A DNA stretch of 64,000 nt from Haliotis cracherodii (lineage: Eukaryota). Both the position numbers and the translations under genes were made by a program. Shown here piece by piece: positions 40,301 through 53,578 of this stretch (position 1 is its first letter; each line of letters begins with the position of its first letter). The notes below the pieces were generated by a model. The model was not told the DNA's origin and did no database searches. It was given only the letters and a program-made list of their open reading frames with translations. The stretch is taken from positions 15,686,001-15,750,000 of the forward strand of contig NW_027266319.1 in assembly GCF_022045235.1 (NCBI RefSeq), in the 5' to 3' direction.

Positions 40301-41249
40301 GTTCCACCAATGTACAGGAGAACATATAGTTCCACCATTGTACAGGAGAACATATAGTTCCACCATTGTACATGAGAACATATAGTTCCACCATTGTACA
40401 TGAGAATACATATCTCCACCCTTGTACATGAGAACATATAGTTCCACCTTTATACATGAGAACATATAGTTCCACCATTGTACAAGAGAACATATAGTTC
40501 CACCATTGTACAGCAGAACATATAGTTCCACCATTGTACATGAGAACATATAGTTCCACCATTGTACAGGAGAACATATAGTTCCACCATTGTACAGCAG
40601 AACATATAGTTCCACCATTGTACAAGAGAACACACACGTCCACCATTGTACATGAAAACATATAGTTCCACCATTGTACAGGAGAACATATAGTTCCACC
40701 ATTGTACATGAGAACATATAGTTCCACCATTGTACATGAGAACATATAGTTCCACCATTATAAATGAGAACATATAGTTCCACCATTGTACAGGAGAACA
40801 TATAGTTCCACCATTGTACAGGAGAACATATAGTTCCACCATTGTACATGAGAACATATAGTTCCACCATTGTACAAGAGAACATATAGTTCCACCATTG
40901 TACATGAGAACATATAGTTCCACCAATGTACATGAGAACATATAGTTCCACCATTGTACATGAGAACATATAGTTCCACCATTGTACAGGAGAACATATA
41001 GTTCCACCATTGTACATGAGAATACATATATCCACCCTTGTACATGAGAACATATAGTTCCACCTTTATACATGAGAACATATAGTTCCACCATTGTACA
41101 AGAGAACATATAGTTCCACCATTGTACAGCAGAACATATAGTTCCACCATTGTACAGGAGAACATATAGTTCCACCATTGTACAGGAGAACATATAGTTC
41201 CACCATTGTACAGGAGAATACATAGCTCCACCCTTGTACATGAGAACAT
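37303..41249. repeat. 28-bp satellite, subtype 1 (~140 copies)
   Basis: Unit gagaacatatagttccaccattgtacat. Confidence 0.97.
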
Positions 41250-41881
41250 CTAGGACCTCACTTGTACATGAGAATAAATAGGTCCTCGCCTAGACCACGG
41301 AGGCAGTCTGCATGTAAATGAGAACAGAGAGGTCCTCGCTTGTTCACGAGAACATAGAGGTCCCTGCATGTAAATTAGAACACATAGGTCCTTGGATGTA
41401 AATGAGAACATAGAGGTCCTCACTGGAACATGTGAACACATAGGTCCTCGCTTGTACATGAGAACATAGAGGTCCTCGCTTGTACATGAGAACATAGAGG
41501 TTCTCGCTTGTACATGAGAACATAGAGGTCATCGCTGGTACATGAGAACATAGAGGTTCTCACTGGTACATGAGAACATAGAGGCCCTCGCTTATACATG
41601 AGAACATAGAGGTCCTCGCTGGTACATGAGAACATAGTGGTCCTTGCACGTAAATGAGAACATAGGGGTCCTTGCATGTAAATGAGAACATAGAGGTTCT
41701 CGCTGGTACATGCGAACACATAGGTCCTCGCTGGTACATGAGAACATAGAGGTCCTCGCTTGTACATAAGAACACATAGGTCCTCGCTTGTACATGTGAA
41801 CATATATGTCCTTGCATGTAAATGTGAGGTGAGGTGAAATGGGGTTTAAAGTCGCGTCCAAGATTATTGTACTTATATAGC

Positions 41882-41936
<55 letters not shown>

Positions 41937-43905
41937 CATCTTTTAACGTATTTTGGTATGACGCAGCCGGGAATCGAACCCCGGACCTTCCGCTCTCCGG
42001 GCGGAGGCTCTACCACGAGACCACGGAGGCGGTCTGCGGTAAATGAGAACATTCAGGGCCTTGCATGTAAATAAGAACACATAGGTCCTCGCTTGTACAT
42101 GAGAACATAGAGGACCTGGCATGTAACTGAGAACACATAGGTCCTCGCTGGTACATGCGAATATAGAGGACCTGGCATGTAACTGAGAACACATAGGTCC
42201 TCGCTTGTACATGAGAATATAGAGGACCTGGCATGTAACTGAGAACACATAGGTCCTCGCTGGTACATGAGAATATAGAGGACCTGGCATGTAACTGAGA
42301 ACACATAGGTCCTCGCTGGTACATGAGAATATAGAGGACCTGGCATGTAACCGAGAACACATAGGTCCTCGCTGGTACATGCGAATATAGAGGACCTGGC
42401 ATGTAACTGAGAACACATAGGTCCTCGCTGTTACATGAGAACATAGAGGTCCTCGCTTGTGCATAAGAACACATAGGTCCTCGCTTGTACATGAGAACAT
42501 AGAGGTCCTCGCATGTAAATGAGAACACATAGGTCCTCGCTGGTACATGAGAATATAGAGGACCTGGCATGTAACTGAGAACACATAGGTCCTCGCTGGT
42601 ACATGAGAATATAGAGGACCTGGCATGTAACTGAGAACACATAGGTCCTCGCTGGTACATGCGAATATAGAGGACCTGGCATGTAACTGAGAACACATAG
42701 GTCCTCGCTTGTACATGAGAATATAGAGGACCTGGCATGTAACTGAGAACACATAGGTCCTCGCTGGTACATGAGAATATAGAGGACCTGGCATGTAACT
42801 GAGAACACATAGGTCCTCGCTGGTACATGCGAATATAGAGGACCTGGCATGTAACTGAGAACACATAGGTCCTCGCTGGTACATGAGAATATAGAGGACC
42901 TGGCATGTAACTGAGAACACATAGGTCCTCGCTGTTACATGAGAACATAGAGGTCCTCGCTTGTGCATAAGAACACATAGGTCCTCGCTTGTACATGTGA
43001 ACACATAGGTCCTCGCTGGTACATGAGAAGACATAGGTCCTCGCTTGTATATGAGAACATAGGGGTCCTTGCTTGTGCATAAGGACACATAGATCTTCGG
43101 TTGTAAATGAGAACAAATATGTCCTCGCTGGTACATGAGAACACAGAGGTCCTTGCATGTAAATGAGAACACATAGGTCCTCGATGGAACACGAGAACAT
43201 AGAGGTCCTCGCTCTGTGCATAAGAACACATAGATCTTCGGTTGTAAATGAGAACACATAGGTCCTCGCTGGAAAACGAGAACATAGGGGTCCTCGCTCT
43301 GTGCATAAGAACACATAGGTCTGCGGTTGTAAATGAGAACACATAGGTCCTCGCTGGTACATGAGAACATAGAGATCCTCGCTGGTACATAAGAACACAT
43401 AGGTCCTCGCTGGTACATGCGAACACATAGGTCCTCGCTTGTATATGAGAACATATAGGTCCTTGCTGGAACACGAGAACATAGAGGTCCTTGCATGTAA
43501 ATGAGAACACATAGGTCCTCGCTGGTACATGCGAACACATAGGTCCTCGTTTGTATATGAGAACATATAGGTCCTTGCTGGAACACGAGAACATAGAGGT
43601 CCTTGCATGTAAATGAAAACACATAGGTCCTCGCTGGAACACGAGAACATAGAGGTCCTAGCTTGTGCATAAGAACACATAGGTCTTCGGTTGTAAATGA
43701 GAACACATATGTCCTCGCTGGAACACGAGAACAAAGAGGTCCTCGCTTGTGCATAAGAACACATAGGTCCTCGCTTGTAAATGAGAAGACATATGTCCTC
43801 GCTGGTACATGAGAACATAGAGGTCCTCGCTGGTACATGAGAACGTAGAGGTCCTCGCTGGAACGTGAGAACACATAGGTCCGTCAACATTTGTACATCA
43901 GAACA
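41250..43905. repeat. 28-bp satellite, subtype 2, partly organised as 56-bp dimers; interrupted by a family D SINE with (GT)n at 41827-42034
   Basis: Units gagaacacataggtcctcgctggtacat and gagaatatagaggacctggcatgtaact. Confidence 0.95.
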
Positions 43906-43960
43906 TATACACACAGACCACCCATTTTCCCTTAGAACATGCGATGGAATGTGACAAGTG

Positions 43961-44241
43961 AGTGAGTGAGTGAGTTGGGTTTAATGCCGCTTTTAACAGT
44001 ATTACAGTTATATCACGGCGTGCCAGCTTAATGTGGGAGGAAAGCCCGAAGTGATGCGAGTCTCAGACGTTAACCACTTCGGTGAAACCCACGAGCACTG
44101 GTATGGTGCTGACAAACCTAGAAACAAAATCGGGGCGAACCGGGATTCGAACCCAAAATCATAGGTTTCTGGCGTGCCCAAGGGACGCAACTCTGCAAAG
44201 AGAATCGGGGCGCCTTAAACGACTGGGCCACCCGTGCCCCC
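43961..44241 (-). mobile_element. SINE family A with target-site duplication
   Basis: TSD tgtgacaagtg on both flanks. Confidence 0.88.
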
Positions 44242-45545
44242 TGTGACAAGTGAAACACTGTTAGAAACCGATGATCCCCAAACCGGCCCGACATTAACTC
44301 GTATTGTCTTTCCTTGTGTCGCCCCTTCACAAGGATTTTCGTAACAGTACATTTTGCTGAGTACGCACGTTTGATTATGTATTCAAATCACCTGTAATTC
44401 CAATTCATGTTGTGTTACCAATATTCTTCGAAATTATAAGGAAAGTACTACAGCTCTCATGAAGAACGATTGTCCGATTATCTCTGTATAAGAAGAAATG
44501 CTACTGTAATTTCATTAACCCGAAGAATACTATGATAGCGGTTATACGTTCAATGTCGGCATGGGCTACGCGTACAGTATTATCCCGGCAATGGTGTGTC
44601 AAGGCAGCTGTACAATTACATCCTTAAACAACAACATAAATCAGCTTTACCCCCTTGACTATCTGTGACTGCGGCTTTCACAAACTTCAGCTACAATCCA
44701 ATGAAGGGTGACACAGTTCAGGTTACTAATTGTTAGTCCACGCAAATTGGGATTCAAGTCAGTAAAACATTCATACAAACCATTGTCAACCAGCTCACAT
44801 GTCAAAATGAATATCGATCTAGCAATCGGTTATTATTATCGGAAAAACAACGTGAAAATGACTTAGTTACGCACTTTGAAATAATTACAACAACTACCTG
44901 ACAACCTATTCGTTCGCTGTGATCAGGCGATTAGCAACCGCTACATATTCCATCATCACGTACCATAACGTTTGGCGATCGTTCTTTTCAAAGGCCTGGA
45001 CCTCACCTTTCACAGCAGATCCCAGAAACAGTTATGTACTTTAAAGGCCCAGCTGAAGACTGTCTCTGGTGTTTCATATGTTGCCACGTGTCACCGATAG
45101 CTTTAGCGCAATATAAATAGTTGTATGTAGGTGCGTGCGTGCGTGCGGGAATGATGTATGTGTAACAGGCAGCATACCCTCATACGAGATTTAGTGTTGG
45201 AATTCGTTCCCGGTAAAAATAACATTACATCATAAGAGACTAGTAACGTATTGGGCAACCAGCCTCAGATTCTTAATGCATCGTGCCCCGACGGCTCGGG
45301 CGAGCTCATGATATCAACCTATGGCTTGTCTGGTCCAGGCTCGAGTATTTACAGACCGCCGAGATGCAATTGGAACATTGCTTAGTGACACGTAAACCAA
45401 CACGATCCTATTTTCTTGTTATAGCTAAATTAGAAATTATGAATACTAACGTAATAATAAGGGTTAGATTTAACCCTCGTGAATCTCAGATAAGATGCCC
45501 CGAAGGTCACAGTATTTCAGACAATCCCGTGTGTCGACAGTGTTG

Positions 45546-48500
45546 ATGTCCGCCATGTTGCTTTTGCTGCGTCTTTGCGTTCTACAGGCATCCATACTGG
45601 TAATAGCTGCAATGGAGGGCGTTGCTCTCCAACAAGGGGCGTGTGTGTGTGCCACGGAGGGTCTCGTGGACGCGTATTCAAAACGTGAGCATTATTAACT
45701 GCTAATGTGAATCCATGTCCCATGACAGATTATATAACTACAGTTGTTGACGGGACATGAGAGACGTGTGACGAGGCAGGTGGCTCGTGCAACGTTCTCC
45801 ATACTGGCCTGGGAATTGTATCTCGTTCCGATAGTACTCTTACCGGGATTTTTTTCCAAACTATTACCTCTATTACAGAAGTCCAATGATATAAGATATG
45901 AATATGATTATCAAAATCTTTTTACCATGAAATTTCAACTCACATTGAATTTTCAAGGCGTCAGGTGTATTTTTTCATGGTAATACTGAACTTTCGTAAG
46001 TTATGAAATCTGACCTACACAAATTCCAAATATGTGAAGGCGCTTGTAACTTCATTTCATCAATATACCAACAAATAACATTCGGGCTATTTTATTTCCA
46101 TTCTTGTATCATCAATTCCCTGGATCCATTCGCCACAACAATGCCGTTAAGGACTTGACGTCACACATCTTAATCTATGTTACCACATATTTAGCACGGA
46201 ATTTCTCTCGCTCTTGTGAGTAATGTGACTGGAGAATTTGTTTACATGTAAGTGTTCAATGTCATTTGTATCGAGCTCAAAGCGAAGCTAATGCAGCGTA
46301 TGGATCCAGGGTAATTGTCAATACAGAATGTACATATTACACACTGGATAATCGAGGGTGGTGTGGAAACAACTGGCGACAGTCCATTTTACGGCTTGGA
46401 ACACCTTCCTGGATCCACTTTCAACAAGGAAACTATGAGTGAGTGAGTTGGGTTTAAGGCCGCTTTTAACAGTATTACAGTTATATCGCGGCTTGTCAGC
46501 TTAATGTGGGAGGAAAGCCCGAAGTGATGCAGGTCTCAGACGTTTACCACTTCGGTGAAACCCACGAGCACGGGGATGGGGTTGACAAACCTAGAAACAT
46601 AATTGGGGCGAACCGGGATTCGAACCCACAATCATAGGTTTCTGGCGTGCCCAAGGGACGCAACTCTGCACAGCGAATCGCGGCGCCTTAGACGACTGGG
46701 GCACCCGTGCCCCTAAGGAAACTATAATACGTCCATGTTGAAATATACAGACCATGGCCAAGTTCTTGAAGGGAGCAGGTCCCTGTCAGCATGGATTGCA
46801 TGAATGTGGGGTGCAGTGAATGAGTGAATGAATGTTGTTATGTGACGCAGTCTGCCAGGGTATTTGTTAAAAAAACCCAGCACAATCGACTCTGATCCTG
46901 GAAAAAGCAGGTGACACGGTTTCACCATCCGCCCCAATTCTGTGAGTGAGTGAGTGAGTGAATTTGGTTTTAAAACACTTTTGAAGAGCTTAACAGTTAT
47001 TTCACGGCGTATCAGCTTGGCGGGAGAGAAAGGCCCGAAACAATAACACCTGTTCCACTTTGGTGCAACCAACGAGCACAGATACGTTGCTGACAAACCA
47101 AGAAACAATCAGGGCAGATCTAGGATTCTAATCCACGATCAAGACCGTCTCCGTGGTCTAGTGGTAGAGCGTCCGCCCGGAGACCGAAAGGTCCGGGGTT
47201 CGATCCCCGGCCGCGTCATACCAAAAGACGTTAAAAGATGGTACTTGTTGCTACCCTGTCTGGCGCTCGGTATTAAGGGGCTAAAACACGAACTGGTCGG
47301 CTCGGAGTCAGTATACGGTATTCATGTTCAACTGAGGCATGGTATCTCAGTGAGCTAGCACTATAAATCGGCATCATTCCGGACTAGTACAAGCAGCCAC
47401 ACACACACACACATACACGTGCATGCACGTCGCTATATCAGTGCAATAATCTTGGACGCGACGTTAAACCCAATTTCACCTCACATTATCCACGATCAGA
47501 GGTGTCTGGCACGCCTAAGGGATGTAAGTCTACCCAGTCTGTCGGATCGCCTTGCTCGACGACTGTGCCACCCGTGGCCCGTTACTCAGTTCAACGTGTG
47601 AAGGAAGCTACGTAGAATCACGCGTCACTGTGAGGAGCTTCAGCAACCTAACGACAAACGTAGAACACGAAATAATGCCGTACTGCGTCAATACATGGGA
47701 CAACGCGTAATACAGTGAATAACGCAATACAACACGGACCAATGTAGGACTAAGTGAAATTAGCTGAAAACATCGGTCGATGAAGATACATCATTGACTA
47801 CCGTATTGCTCATGTGAAGTGTGTTTCTTCCAGCTGGTTTCGACAGCGAGAGCATCACGTACATCAGTTTTGGAGAATGTCTACGGTCAAACGGCCAAAG
47901 CATGGAGATGAACGGAGACTCGTGGTACGGCGTGGCAGTCAAGAATGAGGTCAGTCCCATGTTCAATGGAATTAGAATCATTCAAGTTTCAAAATATTGA
48001 ATGCTATATAATTGTTCATTTATAGGAGACTTCTCCGAACTGTGGAGGGTTTCCTCCCACATATACACGGTCCGTCAAATGCAGTGTAACATTTAGGGCC
48101 ATTGACGTCGGCAGTGCCCGTGAAGATCCGGGGTAGAATAGGTCTTCAGCAACCCATGCTTGCCGTAAAAGGTGACTGCTTGTCGTAAGAGGCGACGAAC
48201 GGGATCGGGTGGTAAGGCTCGCTGACTTGGTTGATGCATGTAATCTTTTCCCAATTGTATGGATCGATGTTCATGATGTCAATCAATGGATTGTCTGGTC
48301 CAGATACGATTATTTACAGACCGCCGTCATATCGCCGGAATGTTGCTGAGTGCGGCGTCAAACAAACAAAACAAGCCTCAAGAGAACAATAAAAGCGCCC
48401 GTAAAATACCCGTTTAATGACATGCGTGGATATGTTTTTACGCCTTTTGGCTGTATTCCACCAGAAATGGGCGTAAACCATTGTACACATGGAGAATCGA

Positions 48501-48700
48501 ATCCGGATCTACGACTTCACCAACGAACGCTTTATGCTACCCCTCCCCTACCTCATTGTTATCATTCAGTGTTGTTGCACGACCGGTGGTCAGTGTTAGG
48601 ATTGATGTGTTCTGGATTGTTTCAGGAGCTGACATCCCCCCGGTTGCTATGGGTTGCAGGCAGGTTCCTGAAGCAGGGCATCCCCTCACAATGTGCTTAG
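45546..48700 (+). CDS. Secreted SH3b-only protein (109 aa), paralog of the N-terminal half of the 30961 gene. Exons 45546-45684, 47834-47949, 48626-48700
   Basis: Same intron positions and phases (1,0) as the 30961 gene. MSAMLLLLRLCVLQASILVIAA...GACVC...PG...GEC...SWYGV...LWVAGRFL...SQCA*. All four Cys of the domain are conserved. Confidence 0.8.
46437..46713 (-). mobile_element. SINE family A with target-site duplication
   Basis: TSD aaggaaactat on both flanks. Confidence 0.88.
47143..47483 (+). mobile_element. tRNA-derived SINE family D, near full length, nested in an older family-A-like copy (~46945-47580)
   Basis: A/B boxes gtggtctagtgg and ggttcgatccc; atccacgatca is repeated on both sides. 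Confidence 0.75.
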
Positions 48701-50295
48701 AGGTGAGTGAAACAAGGCATCCCCTCACAATGTGCTTAGAGGTGAGTGAAACAAGGCATCCCCTCACGGTGTGCTTAGAGGTGAGTGAAAGAAGGCATAC
48801 CCTCAAAGTGTGCTTAGAGGTGAGTGAAACAAGACATCACCTCACAGTGTGCTTAGAGGTGAGTGAGTCAAGGCATCCCCTCACATTGTGCTTAGAGGTG
48901 AGTGATAGAAGGCATTCCCTCACGATGTGCTTAGAGGTGAGTGAATCAAGGCATCCTCTCACGGTGTGCTTAGAGGTGAGTGAAACAAGACATCCCCTCA
49001 CAATGTGCTTAGAGGTGAGTGAAACAAGGCATCCCCTCACGATGTGCTTAGAGGTGAGTGAAACAAGGCATCCCCTCACAATGTGCTTAGAGGTGAGTGA
49101 AACAAGGCATCCCCTCACAATGTGCTTAGAGGTGAGTGAAACAAGGCATCCTCCCACGGTGTGCTTAGAGGTGAGTGAAACAAGGCATCCTCTCACGGTG
49201 TGCTTAGAGGTGAGTGAAACAAGACATCGCCTAACAATGTGCTTAGAGGTAAGTGAAACAAGGCATCCCCTCACGATGTGCTTAGAGGTGAGTGAAACAA
49301 GGCATCCCCTCACAATGTGCTTAGAGGTGAGTGAAACAATGCATCCTCACAATGTGCTTAGAGGTGAGTGAAACAAGACATCCCCTCACAATGTGCTTAG
49401 AGGTAAGTGAAACAAGGCATCCTCTCACAGTGTGCATAGAGGTGAGTAAATCAAGGCATCCACCCACAATGTGCTTAGAGGTGAGTGATAGAAGGCATCC
49501 ACCCACAATGTGCTTAGAGGTGAGTGATAGAAGGCATCCTCTCACAGTGTAGAAGGCATCCACTTACAATGAGCTTAGCGGTGAGTGAATCAAGGCATCC
49601 CCTCACAATGTGCTTAGAGGTGAGTGAAACAATGCATCCTCACGGTGTGCTTAGAGGTGAGTGAAACAAGACATCCCCTCACAATGTGCTTAGAGGTAAG
49701 TGAAACAAGGCATCCTCTCACAGTGTGCATAGAGGTGAGTGAATCAAGGCATCCACCCACAATGTGCTTAGAGGTGAGTGATAGAAGGCATCCACCCACA
49801 ATGTGCTTAGAGGTGAGTGATAGAAGGCATCCTCTCACAGTGTAGAAGGCATCCACTTACAATGAGCTTAGCGGTGAGTGAATCAAGGCATCCACCCACA
49901 ATGTGCTTAGAGGTGAGTGAAACAAGACATCCCCTCACAATGTGCTTAGAGGTAAGTGAAACAAGGCATCCTCTCACAGTGTGCATAGAGCTGAGTGAAT
50001 CAAGGCATCCACCCACAATGTGCTTAGAGGTGAGTGATAGAAGGCATCCATCCACAATGTGCTTAGAGGTGAGTGATAGAAGGCATCCTCTCACAGTGTA
50101 GAAGGCATCCCCTTACAATGAGCTTAGCGGTGAGTGAATCAAGGCATCCACCCACAATGTGCTTAGAGGTGAGTGATAGAGGGTATCCTCTCACAGTGTG
50201 CTTAGAGGTACGTGAAAGAAGGCACCCCCTCACAATGTGCTTAGAGGTGAGTGAAACAAGGCATCCTCTCACGGTGTGCTTAGAGGTGAGTGATT
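48677..50295. repeat. 39-bp minisatellite, ~40 copies, beginning inside the last coding exon of the SH3b-only gene
   Basis: Unit ggcatcccctcacaatgtgcttagaggtgagtgaaacaa. Confidence 0.95.
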
Positions 50296-52879
50296 GTGGG
50301 TAAGTGATTAAGTGAGGTAGTAGGGATTTACACCACTCTTTATCAATAGCCATTTCACGGCCCGATGGTGATATTGGTGCAACACACATTGATATGATGT
50401 GACGAGTAAATATGCTCGAACCATTTTCACCAGAAGCAGCTCCCTGTAGTTTAATTCCCTCCTTCTGTTTCAGGCAGCTCCAGTGTTCTGGGCGGAGCCT
50501 AGGTTCAGAGGGGAATGAGCTCACCATCAGTGGCACTTGGTACACAATATGCGCATATATTCATTTTATTGGTTTCATTAAATATCATCATGCAGCGACG
50601 AGTGTTCTGTTGACGGACACAGACAACGATCTGCGTGATGAGATGACATTTAGGTTTCATTAGAAAGATGTATGTGAACCTCGTATACAATGAGCCTTTT
50701 GATGAGTGAGTGGGTGTCTTCTTTGTCAATATACCAGCCATATTACGGCAGGGGACATCAAGAATTCGTCCCACTCAGTTTGTCTCTGTGGCGACTTTAG
50801 AAACATTGCATGGTCTTTACCATGGACACTCTCCGTGGTCTAGTGGATAGAACGTCCGCGCGGAAAGTGAGTGAGTTCGGGCCCCGGTCGCGTCATACCA
50901 AAAGACGTTATAATATGGTATTTGTTGTTTCCCTGCCTCGCGCTCGGCAATAAGGGATTAAAGCAAGGACTGGTGAGCTTAATGTCAGTATACTGACGGA
51001 GTACTCATGTTAACCTGCGGCATGGTATCTAGGTGGGCTGGCACTTTCTAGCAAACCAGAATAAGTCCGTACTAGTAAAAACACAACTCACTCACTCACT
51101 CTAGACTTCTACAAAATGTACAACTCGCAGATGAAGGAGAGTGCCATCCTCACCTCTCCAGGCATCCGGCATACCACCTAATGTGTCTCGGCATCCAATT
51201 TAAGAGCTTTTGAGTCATATCAGTGTACGCAGCTGGTACAAGAAAATTAGACGGGAATTTCCACTTAGAGTGCATGACCATGCGAGTTCATAAGCTGAGG
51301 CTTGAATATTGGATTGATTTTCACACTTTGCCAGAAAAAAGAGACGTAAAAGTAGATTTTCAACATTCAAATATTACCATCCACGTCCGGGATAAACATT
51401 TCATGGCATCCCCCCTCTACTCGTAGGAAGAAAATCTGCGCATTTGCCATCTTCGAATGATGGAATGCTTGATTAGGATTTTCTTTTTATAGCAAATAGT
51501 TATGAGAAAACTTCATCATAAATAATTGGGGTCTATGTTGATCACCAATAATCCTTAATAATTGGTGACAATTATTCATTTAATTGCGTGAGCTGTTCAT
51601 TTTATAGCAAATGTACTAATCCGTTGTCACAACAGAGTACTTAAATCTGGGGATTTAAGGCCATGTGGGAATATAATCAACAAATTCATGTTGCATATGT
51701 GCCATTGTTTATTTCACAATATATTTACAATTTTGTACAAAGTAAATATGTACCTCTTCATCAAAGCAAATATATAATGTATTTTCAAATCAAAACAAAT
51801 ATATTATTACGGAGACCAATCAACAGACAAGTTTGTATCACCTGATACAGAAGAAACTGTATTGTTTCAACAGTGTTTCAATTTCATTATGCATTTAATA
51901 TTCACATACAGACAATTATATTACATCACCGATAAGATGCGTGTGCGTATAGTCGATCTAATTTGTGTTGAAAAGATCCAGATGGGGCCCAACGTGGGTT
52001 TACTGTTTACAATTGCCTTCACTGGTATACCTAGTCGTAAGCAAGGATTAAATCGTACCTAAATATTTTCCCGGGGGAAGTTTTACTCTAGAGTATAATA
52101 CAGGATAGGATTAAACACACTGGTGTGGGTTCAAATTCACTAGGGAGAATCATCCTGACACTAGAGAATTTCATCCCCGGGATAAAAAATAGGGTAGGAT
52201 AATATTCACTCTTACATTTTCTGTGGCGGTGTTACTACAAGAGGAGCCCCGTTAATCCACACAATGACGTTCACACTGAAACGTTCAGCCTCGATTATCC
52301 AGTGTAGTGAATCTCGATTATGCATACCTTGGACTCTTTCCCAACCACTGATTCGTTTCGGAAGTGACATCACCAGAGTTGGTTACATTATCACAAGCAA
52401 AATTTCTCTCGATCGTGAGCTTAAAATAAACAGCCAATCAAAATGCCTGATCGATAGTGCGCCATAGACCTACATTCAAAATCTGCGGACACATCCAAGC
52501 AAGACCTTGATGTTCGCCATAAATAAAATTTTAGCTTGGAAAGATGTGTTTCTGAGACCGAAGGGATGGATGTCTTTTCGCGTCAGACGTTCCGCTTGTT
52601 TCTGTGCAGAAATGGAAAACTCGAGACGATTACAGGAGACTTAGCCTCTATTTTTAGATATAGATATAGATACACTGGATAATCGTGGATAGAAATCACC
52701 ATGGTTTAAACAGGTCCACAATGACAAATCAAGGATGGGGAGTTATGCCCATTTTGTATTTACACAACTATCTCCAAAAGTGTGTGCCCGTAATGAGGAG
52801 AGTCTGGATTAACGGGGTTTCCGTGGCTGTTGAGACGTGTACTAATGCCGTAGACCACCACCTTACTTTGAGACAGACA

Positions 52880-53044
52880 NNNNNNNNNNNNNNNNNNNNN
52901 NNNNNNNNNNNNNNNNNNNNNNNNNNNNNNNNNNNNNNNNNNNNNNNNNNNNNNNNNNNNNNNNNNNNNNNNNNNNNNNNNNNNNNNNNNNNNNNNNNNN
53001 NNNNNNNNNNNNNNNNNNNNNNNNNNNNNNNNNNNNNNNNNNNN
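52880..53044. other. Assembly gap (N run)
   Basis: Direct observation. Confidence 1.
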
Positions 53045-53344
53045 AACGCTCGGGTCACAGAGGCCCGGCATACTGGTGCCTGTACAACACATGTCAACTT
53101 CTTCCCCGGCTGCAACTACTACATTGACTTAAATGGCTGGGCACTGAAAGACGTGAGGATAGATTCCTATAGGGCGACGTTTCTCGGGGGACGTTCGCTC
53201 TCTTGTTTCAGAATTCATCCGCCATTTGTAATTGTGAATGATTTGGCAAAATAATCTTTTTCAGAAATTATAAAGAGACATCGCGCAAGGTAACCATGAC
53301 TATAACAATTTGTTAACAATACTTTGTAGCAATATCACGTGTCG

Positions 53345-53378
<34 letters not shown>

Positions 53379-53578
53379 GATCGGTAAAATCATATTTTAG
53401 CATTCAAAATATTTCAACATTATAAAGTCGGTATGTCACTTCTATATATTGACTCAAAGCTAATTATCTTTTAACAAACGGACAAAAAAATAAAATAATT
53501 GAAAAACAGGGACAATTTCAATGCTCGATCATTTTTACAACGGATAAAAGCGCCCCCCGTGTGTATGCCCTCTATTCC

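Noticed and set aside
37261-43914. Multiple 250-725 aa ORFs
   Set aside because: Translations of 28-bp satellites; the period is not a multiple of 3 and all minus frames are open.
45810-45857. NF-kB-like GGGA(A/T)TT motifs near the candidate immune genes
   Set aside because: Short degenerate matches expected by chance; no enrichment can be shown.
48481-50303. MCLEVSETRHPLT repeat protein
   Set aside because: Off-frame reading of the 39-bp minisatellite; the homologous coding frame stops at 48700.
52685-53254. ORFs spanning the N run
   Set aside because: Artefacts of the assembly gap.
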